Below the pieces are notes generated by a model. It searched no databases and was not told the DNA's origin. It was given only the letters and a program-made list of their open reading frames with translations. 64,000 nt of DNA from Epiperipatus broadwayi (taxonomy: Eukaryota > Animalia > Onychophora). Of this stretch, positions 24,537 through 37,035 are shown one piece after another; the first letter of the stretch is position 1, and every line of letters starts with the position of its first letter. Position numbers and translations under genes: made by a program. The stretch lies in contig JAQFVV010000004.1 of assembly GCA_028023455.1 (NCBI GenBank), positions 25,358,001 through 25,422,000 of the forward strand, written 5' to 3'.

Positions 24537-27051
24537 GTGACATGGATTTGGATTCTGTTTCGACATGGATTACTTTTGTAAACAATCTCATACACAATTA
24601 ATACAATAACAAGGAAGCAAACCACCTCCTTCAAGAATTTTAGCACTCACAGATGATCTGCATAAAAGAATAACACTTAGTTTTTCCACTGCAGAGGGCT
24701 GTACAAATGTTATAGCCCTCAGAAAAGCTTATTGGTTGGCATATGACTCACTCAAAAAATATTTGGTGATAAAGAAGAGGAAAATATTCCTAAATCAAAT
24801 CCACATGTGGTCTAGACAGTACATTTTCTGGGCTCTAGGTCAGGTTCCAACAAACTGGGCTCTACTTATTCTACAAATACAACTTGCAAAAAGGGAAAAT
24901 TTTCAACCCCTGGAAAACTTTCTGGACTCACCAGAAGATAATATAGCTTTTGTTCCAAGAGATTTTGAAGAAAAGTTGTATTTAATATCAAACTCATGTT
25001 ATCCAGGGATACATGGAATACCTTGCTTTGAATACAAGCACATAAGTCATTTCATGTAAAATATCTAACAGATTTAGCTAACTTTCTAACCCAGAGAATT
25101 TATCACATTCATGGGCTCTATCCTATCTCATTGGTGCCATTCATTAAGAAGGAAAATATAACCACATTTCAACATATCAGACCTATATCAATGAACCCAC
25201 TTGGTAGTTAAAAATAGAATTGAACCCTACATTCTGCCATACTTGTCAGTTTGCAAGGAAGAGATATTCTACTGGGCAGGAAGTTTTTCTATATAAGACA
25301 ATGATTGACACAGTCAGAAATGATAAAAAGTATGGACCAGTTGTAGTTCAACTGGACATCAAATAAGCATTTGATATGGTACTAATTAATGTTCTAGCAG
25401 ACACATCAATTCGCAGAGCACTTATCTACTTGATTACAAATTTTTTAAGTAGAGAAATTTATATAACTTTTAGTGAGAAGTATACACCATCCTTCACTCC
25501 ATTTAACTCCATTCTACAAGGTTAAGTGCCTTTCTATTCAATTTTTACATTAATCCTCTCCTTAGAGTAATTGAAAGCAAGATGACTGGAATATTCATAT
25601 CTGCAATGAAGACTAATGTTACATGTGTTGCATACATGGATGATATTACTGTCTTTCTGCCCACAAAAAAACAGATACCAAAACTAATTAAAATTCTTAA
25701 TAACTATTCAGTAGAATATAAACTGGAGTTTAATCTATATAAATCCAGCACATGATCCATATGCACTGAATGCCAACAAGACAATACTTCAAAGGAAAAC
25801 CAGATCCATTCCTTGGATTTCCATTCCATTTAAGCAACTCTGAAATGTGATCACAGATACAGAGGAAATTAATAAATAAATCTGAGGAAATTCTCTATCC
25901 AAATCAGACATGTCACTTTATGCCAAAGTCACCCTCTTCAATATTGCTTTTAATAATAACAAGAGTTACATACTATACACCCCATAATAGTATACCCAAA
26001 AGCTTTTACAGAAAAAATTTATTCAATGTGTAGGAAATTGTTCTGGAAAAAAAATGGTGTCAATATTCCTAAGAAAAATTCTGCACCCTCTATCTTGAAA
26101 TGGACTAGGTTTACATTCTATCAACATTTTTCAAATTCAAAAAACATTTAATCTAATATCATCATGCCCAAAATTTTCCCATATTTGGAAGTTGCACTCA
26201 AAATCACACCCACAGACAAACCACCACCTACAAATAACTTCTGGAATAAATTAATTTCTCTGTTATTAAACACTTCCAATCTAACACACACACCCCATAG
26301 ATAAAATGAAATACTGGGAGGTTTATTCGGTCTGCAACCCCCTCTTCCGATGATAATGGAAAGACTTATCTAAACTTAACAAATAAGCAGTTGACAAAAA
26401 AATTTCAAATATTGATCATTGGAGCTGAAATTCTATAATTTTTTTTATAAAACTAAATCTTGAGGCACTTCTGAATCAACACTTCTGTAGGTATAAAAGG
26501 ATTTGTACCAATATTGAAGACATGCAAGATACGTCAAAGAGAGTCAGAAACCCTATCACACTTATTATTCTCATGCCCCAGATACAATAATATCTGGTGG
26601 GACACTCCAAAAATTTTTAAAAATAAGAAGTTTGGAAAGAAACACTTCTCAATACCTTTGAAAAAGGTATTTATGGACACATTCACACTAATACATTTGT
26701 ATTATACTCACTATGTTGTACCAGATGTACACTTATGTATGGATCAGACACAAAACACTCAAATACATTTAGAAACAAAATTAATATCATACGCAGAAGG
26801 AATGAAAATTTTTTATCATCCAACATTTTTTCAGACACCTGGTCAATAATGCACTAATCTATAAAAATGACTCACCATTGCCAAAGAACTAGATCACCAG
26901 GATTAGTGACAAAGAATATTGATACATTAGTATATGTAAAGTGTTATAAACTAATGTAACGATCAGGAGAATAATAAGCCTGATCAAGATTGTTATTTCT
27001 TTTTTTTTTTTCTTTTTGTACACCTATAGATCAATAAAGCCTTTTGAAAAA
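24537..27051 (+). mobile_element. 5'-truncated L1/Tx1-like LINE with 16-bp target-site duplication
   Basis: RT motifs RPIS, LDIK*AFDMV, ILQG, AYMDDITV and GLGL, plus zinc-knuckle-like CKIRQRESETLSHLLFSCP. AATAAA at 27033 and an A tail. Exact TSD TAATCTAATTGGAATA at 24521-24536 and 27052-27067. Confidence 0.9.
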
Positions 27052-27714
27052 TAATCTAATTGGAATATTTTTTTCACAATTTTAAATTTATTTTAACTAG
27101 CATATATATACGATGTTATTTTTAATAAAATATTTTAAATATCTGCAGAATTAATTTTTCTTTTTAATATTTATTTTTTATGAAAATCTACAGATTAATT
27201 TTTGTAAGTTAATATTATTGTAATATTATAAATAGATATTGCATTAAATTATTAAAAAATAACAACTAGTAAAAATATTTTTAAAATTACTTGACAATTA
27301 TTTTTATATATAATAACATATTTTTGCAGAAATATGACTTATTGTAAGTTTGCATTAAGTTATAACATAATAACAATAAATCACTAATTCCTAATTCACA
27401 TAAGATGCTCTTGTTTTAACAATAAATTAAATTATTAATGTAAAATATAAACTATATGAAATGATGTAATTAGTACAAAAATAAGCACATGCGAATTCAA
27501 ATATGTGTGTATATATATATTAGTATCATAATTCTTAAGGCTAAATGGGTTTATAAGTAACCTTGAACATTATTACACTAATTATTTAGCCATACTTTGG
27601 GTGTAATTTGAAAATTATAATTGCAATATATATCATGTTATAATTGACTATTTATTAGTCTACATTAAACATCACATGATTACTATTTCTTATGCTAGCA
27701 TATTACTGTTCTTA

Positions 27715-28011
27715 AAACAGGCAAAACTCTTCATACAGTAGTGCCACTCAGTGCCAACTAGAATAATCAATGGATGCCAGAAGGCTTGTGCATAAAATCC
27801 CTATCTAGTGCCTACTCATCCAATATCTGCAGACTAGTTTTTGGCTTGTGGCCAAAACTCCTCACTGATGAAAGCCACAATCCGGAAACTAGTCTGGGGA
27901 TATTGGATGAGTAGGCATTAGATAGGGATTGTATGCACAAGTCTTCTGGCATCTATTGGTTACTCTGGTTGGCACTGAGTGGCACTACTGTATGGAGAGT
28001 TTTGCTTGTTT
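27715..28011. mobile_element. Family B palindromic PLE-type repeat, copy 2 (~135-bp inverted arms)
   Basis: AAACAGGCAAAACTCTTCATACAG...GACTAGTTTTTGGCTTGTGG is mirrored by CCACAATCCGGAAACTAGTC...CTGTATGGAGAGTTTTGCTTGTTT. Confidence 0.85.
27860..27899 (+). ncRNA. Minimal type-I hammerhead motif with canonical core and GUC site
   Basis: CCUCA-CUGAUGA-AAGCCACAAUCCG-GAAACUAGUC-UGGGG. Stem I has 5 bp, stem III is the palindrome ACUAGU, and stem II is weakened in this copy. Confidence 0.7.
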
Positions 28012-29185
28012 ATTAGTCTAAATTCAGAATATGTTATATTTACCTATTTAAGGAGGTTTATTTAAACTTCTTTCTATCAATAATTTCAATCTCTGAAGTC
28101 AAGCTGCAATCTTTGGTGTCTACATAAATATATGGGACCATTAATAGAGGTGGCATTCCACCTCTATTGCTAAAAGATAGTTGCCTTGGCAACAGTTTGA
28201 AATTCTTAATTATTATCTACTGAGATTGTCTAAGTGTTGATTGCTTTCTAATGCTTATATATATAAATAACTATAACCATTACATGTCTGTATTTTTAAA
28301 TCATATAATAATAATTCAAACAAATTTATTTAACACAATATTCAAAATTAAATAATATATTCTTTACCAGATGACTTTCAATTGTTTCGAAAGTACTTCT
28401 GGTAAAGAATATATTATTTAATTTTGAATACTGTGTTAAATAAATTTATTTGAATTATATATATATCCTTAATATGAATGTATATTATTTTATTTTATAA
28501 AATATTCCCATATACATTCATTTAGTATTTAAATGACATATGCATAGTGAATCATTTTGCCCCATTGTACATTGGGTCATTGGTTACTTGAGATTATTTA
28601 ATATTCTCTAATATATACATATATTTGATAATCAGATTATGACCTCCAACAAACAATCTGAAAAAATATGTAAAAACCACGATTATATTTCTTGATTATT
28701 TTTAAAACCTCTGATTTGGCTAGACTTTATTAAAAACTTGGTTTGAACAACAATTATTTTTTTATCTAAAGCCTTATATTATAAATTCCAGTGTCAATGT
28801 AAGATTTATTAATATGCTTCTTCATTAAAAGAAAGAAATAATTTGATATTTATAATGAATATTTTCATTTGACTTTCATTGCTTGTTTTAATGGCAGTAG
28901 CGTATTAAAGCGCTTATATATACTATAACTAGCATAGAGTTATGGAAAGAAGATATTGAGATTTTTTCTTTGTTTGGAAATAAATTTAATAACACAATTA
29001 AAAAAAATACATTGTCAAAACTCTTTTGCCCCCTCCCACAACAAATTAGATTATATTAATTAACATAAAGTATTTATAAGACAGAACAATATATTTAAAC
29101 ATTTTAGCAAAATGTTAGAAATTAAGTTCCCTTTTTAAGTAATTAGCTATTATTAGAAAAAAAAAAAAAGAATTTAAAGTGAATG

Positions 29186-29740
29186 ATTTCTATAGCCATG
29201 CTCCCACTTCTAGATACTTAATATTGGCTCATATCAATTTGAAAATAAAATATTTGTTCTTATTTTCTCAAAGTCTCTATCTTGTATCTGGGATAAGAGT
29301 ATCCTTGCAGTTTTAACATCACTGTTTAATAACACTAGTGAGAAGGAATGATTACTCTATATAATTACAATCTAAACACTGCACTTGTAAAATTTATTGA
29401 TTATTACATAATTTAACATCTTCTAATAAGAGCACAAACCTAAATTATAATATTTCAGAAGTGCTAATAAGATTATTAAAAAAGGGATGGATTTAAAGTG
29501 TATGATTTACATTTTCATGCTGCCATTTCTAGACATTTAAGATTGTCTCACATAAGTGCATTTGAGTTTAAAAATGAAATGGACATTCTTATTTTCTCAA
29601 AATCTCTATCTTGTGGCTGAGGTGAGAGTATCCTTGCAGTTTTAACATCACCAGTTAATGGCTCTAGTGAGGAAGGATGATTACTTTTTATATATTTATA
29701 ATCTAAACTATTCACTTGTAAAATTTATTGATTATTAAAA
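29186..29740 (+). repeat. Old direct duplication of a ~220-bp unit (29186-29410 and 29507-29740)
   Basis: Shared blocks include TTCTTATTTTCTCAAA.TCTCTATCTTGT, GAGTATCCTTGCAGTTTTAACATCAC and CACTTGTAAAATTTATTGATTATTA. Confidence 0.8.
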
Positions 29741-32700
29741 AATATAAATATAAATGGCATACCAATCAGATTTAAATTATAGGTACCTTTTTGAGTCTAT
29801 TTATTTTCTGATACTTGATGGTGATATCTTCATTTTTCATTACTCCACTATAGTTAGATTGGCTGGAGATGATTTTGTAAATGAATCTTCAGTCTATGCT
29901 ATGGTCAAACAACAGCAGCAAACTAAGAGTAGGAAGATATTAGATGGTCAGAGCTCTATTTTCAGCAGCAAACAATAGTTTTAGAGATATCAGATGTATT
30001 ATAGTTTAGCCTGCCATACTGTTATTTCTGAAGATTTCCATATTGTTAGATTTCTCAGATATCAACCTTCTCAGGGGTTGAAATCAACCACTTTGGTTAT
30101 TTTAGCTTTTTGTCACTGCTGGTAACTCCAAGCTTTAAACATCTCATGGCTGATAATTTTTAGTGAATGAATTAATTAATAAATCAATTAACAATTGCAT
30201 TAGCCAAAACATAATTAAATGCCACTAACCCAGCTATGTATATCCCTGCAATTAGTCACTTCTGTTTTTCAATAAGCACCAGTTCTTTAATTTAAATAAT
30301 TAATTTTTAAGCTTTTAGATCTACCTTCTCACACCTATGAATATGGTACTTTTCAAATTTTTCTCTTGTTGCTATGCAATAAAGTCCATTCTTACTTTTT
30401 TATTACAAACAAATTTAAATTTTTTTTTATTACAACCATTTTTTTTAATTTTCAACAAATAAAGATTTTTAAAAAAGCATTTTGATAGTAGGAATTTAAA
30501 AGCTTTATAAAATACGTCTGCTACCAAAAGTACATACTTTATCTTTAGAATTTCTTTCAAATAAAATTACTTTGCTTTTTCTGGTTAAACTTTTAATAGC
30601 ATAGTTAAAAAATAACATAGGTTAACTAATTTTATTTAATAGAGCTAGCTTTATTCCAACACATTCTAGACGCATAAATAAACTTTGTATTGGATGATAT
30701 AATAGATTGTTGTTAAAAAAGAATTCATTTTGCTGATTTTAAATTCAGCTTTAGAAAGTAATTTTGTAGGCATGGCTCTACCATTCACTTAAATGATAGT
30801 TTTTGATTACTTTAATTATGTGGTGGAATAATTTAGTGTGTTTGATAACATACGGACATTACCTGTTTTTCTTTATATGATTTTTTAAAATAATTTGTCT
30901 TTCATTCAATAATTTTTCATACGTAGACAATTAGTAGTGTTCAAAAACACAATAAATTAATTATAATTTTAAAGAGTGGATGTTAATTCACATTTCATTA
31001 ATCTTTCATTCATATCTATCCATATATGAACTGTCAATAATGACTTTATTATAACTAATTTCAAATTGGCTAGGAGGCTTGCATTTATAATGATGATAGT
31101 TAAAGATAATTTGACTTAGTATTATCATTTTTGGATTGAATTTTGTAATTTTAAAGGTCTTTTTTCACTTCATAATATTAGCAAATACCATTTAAATTAT
31201 ATCTTTTAAAAAGTATTAATGCAGGAATCAGATACTATATTAAATATCTTTAATTTACTAAGTAGAAATATGTTTATTTTTTTCTCTGTGTGCATGTTTT
31301 TCGTCCTATGTTTTTGAAAATAATCTATTTTTGATTTGAGATGTTTTAGTTTTTGCTGTATATTTATCAACTGACATATTACATAACTGAAACATGAACA
31401 TAACTAAAAAAAAACTTTAAAAAAATTTATGCCCATAATTTGAAATCTTTTTGTAAATATGCAAATGAGATGCATTTTAATTATAAACAAAATATAAAAT
31501 TAAAGTAAAATAAAAATTCCATGATTGTTTTAGCTTTCATTTACATCTGAATTAACTGCATTAATTTACTATGCATCATGCCTTAGCCATACTACCTGAG
31601 ATATAACAAAATTTCAATACACCTCTTTGTTCTAGATCATCTTTATGCACATTAAAACTTTTAAACATTGTCAAGTACTAAATCCAAGATGCTGATTGTC
31701 AAAATGAATAATTTGAAAATATTAGGCTAACAACATTTAATGTTCTTAATACATTCTTGTAAGAATTTTCAATCTTTGGCAAAAAGCAATCTATACCAAA
31801 TCATAAAACACATGCTTTCCCAACTTATACTTAATGTCTACAATAACAATAGTCTGACATTAACACAAGAGTTAAATATAAAGTAAGCAGTCATGTTTTT
31901 ATTATCCCTCCCAAGTTCCCACAATTAAACACATATTGGTGAACTAAAATACACATATAACTAACCTAGGATCAGATAGATCATTTTAACTAAATAATCA
32001 CACAAAAGTGGCTACTGGATAGATCTAAACAATTCAGAGTTTCTTCCTTTTGGAGATCTATAGAGAGATGTTAGTCTGGAGATACAGTTGACATATGATC
32101 TGCTTACTAATCACTCATGTGCTCATGCATACCTCTAGAACAGGATAATGTAAAATGATTTGTTCTATTAATATAAAGATAATATTAAAAGTTTTAAATA
32201 AATCATAAATTCAGAGTCAATAGAATAATATGTAGAGTGTTTATTTTTATATTATCTATCACCACTTTCTAACACTTTAATACCTTTTCAATCCTTCTCC
32301 ACAGATTTAATTTCAATCTTCTTTTTCACAGTGATCCAGGATAATTCCAGAATCTTTTTATTCTGATTCAAATTATTATTTATTGATAATAGTTGGGAGA
32401 AGATTTTTTTGAATCCTCTACTGATTGTTCTCTTTCTTCTTTTTTTGCTATATTTTTTCAAATTATTCTTATTTATGTTTTTTACTAAACATGATTTAAT
32501 CCTATATATAGTTGTGCAGTAGTTTATAATACTGAAAATATATTCCACAAATGGAGTATTTTGATCACTGACTGAAGAATGATATAAGAAAGCAGATCGA
32601 CTTTTAATGCTATAACTATTCTGCTGCTTATTTCATTTAGATTAATATATTCACTTTGAGTAATTTAAAATAGCTTTTTATAATCCTAAAAAATAAAAAG

Positions 32701-33985
32701 ACTGTATCTATATAATTAATAAGGAAAAAAAACTTAAAAAATTGGGGGAAATTAATAAGGCATTAAGGATGAATATTATAAAAATTGAATAAAAATATTT
32801 GGAATTTGAGTTACAATAATTTTATTTTATGTTTTTATGTAGAAATCATTATTATTTTTATTGATAAAATGAAAATATAAAAAGTGTAAATATTTAGTTA
32901 ATAAAAAAACTTAGTATTATTAGAGACATCTATTATAAGCTTGAATAATCAATAGAAAAGTAAATGGTAGGTATAATAATGCACAAGATTTTCATTAATA
33001 TCATGATCAGTGAAAAGTTTTTTTTCTTCAAGAATCAGGAATTGGGTTTATAACTTAATAATCAGCATTAAAAGTTACAAAGATTTTATTAGACAATTTC
33101 TTTGCTAGTTTTTTTTTTTTGTATTGTACCTGTGAAGAATCACTGTTTTTAGAATTCAATTTTCTTGTTAATTTTCTTTAATGTATTTTCAGTGTATTAT
33201 AAAAATTATTTGTAGACACAAAGAATTATTGCAAGAAAATGTGAAGATATTTTATTTAAAAGATCACAAGTTTTTAGGTTCAAGAAAATTATTATAAGTT
33301 CATAAAATAACCAACAACAAACAACTCAAAATAAATGGCTGATCAAAGGATTAACTGATGTAATTGGAAATAAATCTGTTGAGTAGACTAATAATGAAAT
33401 GCTGAATAATATAATAAAAATGTAAGAAAAAAAAAAGGGGGGGGGGATTATTTTGTAAGGTAATAAAATTAGATTTGAGGAATAAAAAATCCTTGTTACT
33501 GCTATATTTTATGTTAAATAAAGCACTTTATAAAACAACTATAATAAAATCTAACAATAAAGAAAACATAAAAGTTTTTGAATTTTTAATGTAAATAAAA
33601 AATAACATGAATTTAAATATTTTATTTACTTGATAAATAAAAATGATAATAAAATATTCATAAAATAACTGCAGATTAGATTACATAGTAGAGAGCATTA
33701 AAAAAATAATTGAAGACAAAAAGTAAACCATAATGTAATGGTTGCTTCATTACTTTAAATTAGTCTATAAAGTTAATGACAGTTTATTACTCAGGAAATT
33801 TTATAAATAAAATACGTGCATTAATTGCAATCTCTTAGCGCTTGTGTCATAAATCTTATCTCAATATGCACATATTTTGTCATCTATTATCATATTACTG
33901 CAAAGGGAATGGAATAAATACTTTTAAAATAGCATTATTAAAAGGTAGATATATAAAAAAGATTGTATAAATGTCTTTTTTTTAA

Positions 33986-34071
33986 TGTGTCAAAGTGTTG
34001 GCCAAGAAGCTAATCCCGGGACAACTGCTTGTAAGACAGCTGTGCTAACCACTCGACCACCAATGCTTGAC
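33986..34071 (-). mobile_element. Family C tRNA-Gly(TCC)-derived mini-SINE, copy 2, with TSD
   Basis: The reverse complement is GTCAA-GCATTGGTGGTCGAGTGGTTAGCACAGCTGTCTTACAAGCAGTTGTCCCGGGATTAGCTTCTTGGCCAACAC-TTTGACAC. It is flanked by the direct repeat TATAAATGTCTTTTT. Confidence 0.8.
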
Positions 34072-36626
34072 TTATAAATGTCTTTTTATGTTGTGAATAA
34101 TGTGATATTCAAAATCATGTAATGCTCTTTATAAGCTAATAGTATTACTACATCCAATCTACAGACTAAGTTTTGCATACTGATATCTTTCAATGAAAAG
34201 CATAATCTAATCTTTTAACAAACATGGCAAATAGTTCTCTCCTTACTTTCATTCCATAAGCAGTAATTTTTTCAATATTGTATACTGTAGAACCATCCAT
34301 TATAAATTTAAGTAATGAATGGATATATAAAAGATAATAATATATCCAAATATTTAGATTAGTTTCTGATTGGGTTCAAATTCTTAGAAGTTTTTGAAAT
34401 TCAATTTATTAGCATAGGATAAAAGATGTGTATTAGATGCTGGATATGAAAATGAAAATTCAATGTCTTCACTGAAGAAAGTTGATAAGATTGTGTAGTG
34501 AATGTAGAATATTGTAAGATATATTGTAATATAATAATAATCAATATATGTAAGATATATTGATTACATAAGCTTGTAGATTTAACAGATTTAATTGCTT
34601 CTCTTAATGTGTTAGTTGAAAATAAGCAAAGAAAATCATGTTATACTTTGTAGTATATGTTATTTCTGAACAAAGATATAAAAATTTCTGTGGATGACAA
34701 AAAAAATAAGTAAACTTTAAAGTTGCCTGCTTAATGTCAAACTTATTATAACCTTGAGGTGTTTTTAAATATCACAATATTAGTGGGATAATAGAAAGTT
34801 TATAAAAGTAATTATTGGCTATATGGAAACAAATTCAATGCTCATCAATAAAGAATGATAATAGCTAACAAAATAGTGCAGATATTTAAATGTAGGAGTG
34901 ATTACTCAAGTTTACAACTCATCACTCTGGAGAAAAATGAATTATTGCTTGTAGTGCAGATTAAAATTTAAAATACAGAATTAAATTATTATAATATATT
35001 ACACTTGGGAAAAAAATCCCAAATGTTAGGGTATAATAGAAGAAAATTTCTGTTGGAATTTAAAGTGATGAAATAAAAATCCATACTGAAATTGAAGGAA
35101 TCAACAAAATCTCAGCCTAATGGATTATAATAATAAATTATATATATATATATAATTGTTTTTAAAGATTTTTTTCATCATTTTTGTCTCAGTTAACTGG
35201 AAAATGCATCAAAAGTATACCAAATATTATTTAGATGAAATGAAATCTACAATTTTATCATTTTTGAAGAGTTAAATCTCTATATGTCAAATTTAAGATA
35301 AGTTGTACTCTAAGCTAAGATGGCAATATTTGAGATATCTAACATACTACTTGCTGTGCAATAAATATATTAAATATCAGTGTCTTTTCTAAATATAAGA
35401 CTTTTAATTTTGAGTCAAATATGAAACAAGTTTTATTTGACATGTATAAATTATTGTACATATGAAAATAAATTAGTTTTTAAAATAAGTATATTAGATG
35501 TACTATCAAACTAAAGCTGTTTCAAAACAGAAGACACCTTTTATTGTTATTATATGTAATATTTAATGATATTAGGATCAAGAATTTGACTTTAATCATT
35601 ATAAAGAAACAAAGTAGCAATATGAAAATTAATACTGGCAGTGTGTATATGAGAGTATAAAAATGGTCAATAAATAAAGATTCATTTACATTTGTGGCAA
35701 GGCCTGAACTCTAACTATGCCAATTAGAATTAAGACTTAAAAAATTATATAAATAAATTTAAAATCACTATACCAGAAGATGTTGTTTAGAGAAAAAAAC
35801 ATATATTTTTGCAGTCAATAGATGACAAAATCAGATTAACCAGAAAATACTCATCATCTAGAAATAGCAAGATACTAGTTGCCACATAATATTTTTTATC
35901 TGGACTGGTTATAGTTTGTCTACCTAAACAAAACATCCAAAGCATACTTATAACATAAATAAAATGAAAAAATTAACTAATCTGGACTCCGCTTCAAATC
36001 ATAAATTTAAGTTAATAATTATAATTATTAACTTGAATGTAATATGTAATTTTAATAATACACAATATCAATAATTTGTATGCTTATAATAAAAGACTAT
36101 ATGTTCACAATAATGTCTTCGTGGTGAACAAGATGGATATTTTATTTGTAAAATAGTATATATGTATTCCTTGATTAACTTATGTATTATACACTGTATA
36201 AAGTATGAACCTAACTGATATCTTTCTTGTTTCATATGTGCATATCATAATGCTGATTCTTAATAGTTCACATTTTTTGTTAGTCAATGAATTAATAAAA
36301 AATGTAAATTATTAAGAATCATCATTATGAGATATACATATTTGTTATTAGTAGTAGCAGCAAAGTAATCACAATGAAGTATATTATATCCTACATGTTT
36401 TTCCTTTTCTCTTACTCATGCAATTCAAGGAAATGAATTTTTTATTTAGTAAATTATCTACAAATGCATCAAAATTTTGATCCATTCAATCTGTAAAAGG
36501 GAAAAGCTAACACTGGAAAATCTATGTTGGTGTTAGAGTGATGTGTGCGAAAGTGTTACCAGTAGTAGAATTATGAATAAAGCCATTTTGATCAGAGAAA
36601 AAAAACAATATTTTTTTTATTCTCCA

Positions 36627-37035
36627 TTAAAATCCACAAAGTGCATGTGCATTAGCTTAATGTCTAATTATTAATATTACAGTTTATAGAACATCGTGCT
36701 ATATAAAATATAAATATCTTATTTACATATGTTTAATTTCAAATAAGAATGATGTATCGTAAATTCTAGAAAATTTCACAAGCGTCATTCATTCAGGCAT
36801 AGTAAAAGTAATTTAAAGTGATTGCTTAATATTTTCATGCTCTCATTTCCAAATGCTTAAGATTTGCCCATACATAAACATTTGGGTTGAAAAGACTTCA
36901 TCTTGCATTTGGAAAGTGAGATTATTCATTTATAGTTAAAATCCACAAAGCATGTGTGCATTAGCTTAATGGCTAATTATTAATATTACAGTTTATACAA
37001 CATAGTGCTATATAAAATATAAATATCTTATTTCC
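36627..37035 (+). repeat. Direct repeat of ~98 bp (about 36627-36724 and 36937-37034)
   Basis: TTAAAATCCACAAAG...GCATTAGCTTAATG.CTAATTATTAATATTACAGTTTATA...GTGCTATATAAAATATAAATATCTTATTT occurs twice. Confidence 0.85.

Noticed and set aside
28890-28920. AAAGCGCTTA resembling the family E stem III
   Set aside because: No core or stem II is recoverable upstream.
29760-30300. Possible Tc1 transposase remnant on the minus strand (WSNEK-like)
   Set aside because: Similarity is too weak and no TIRs were found.
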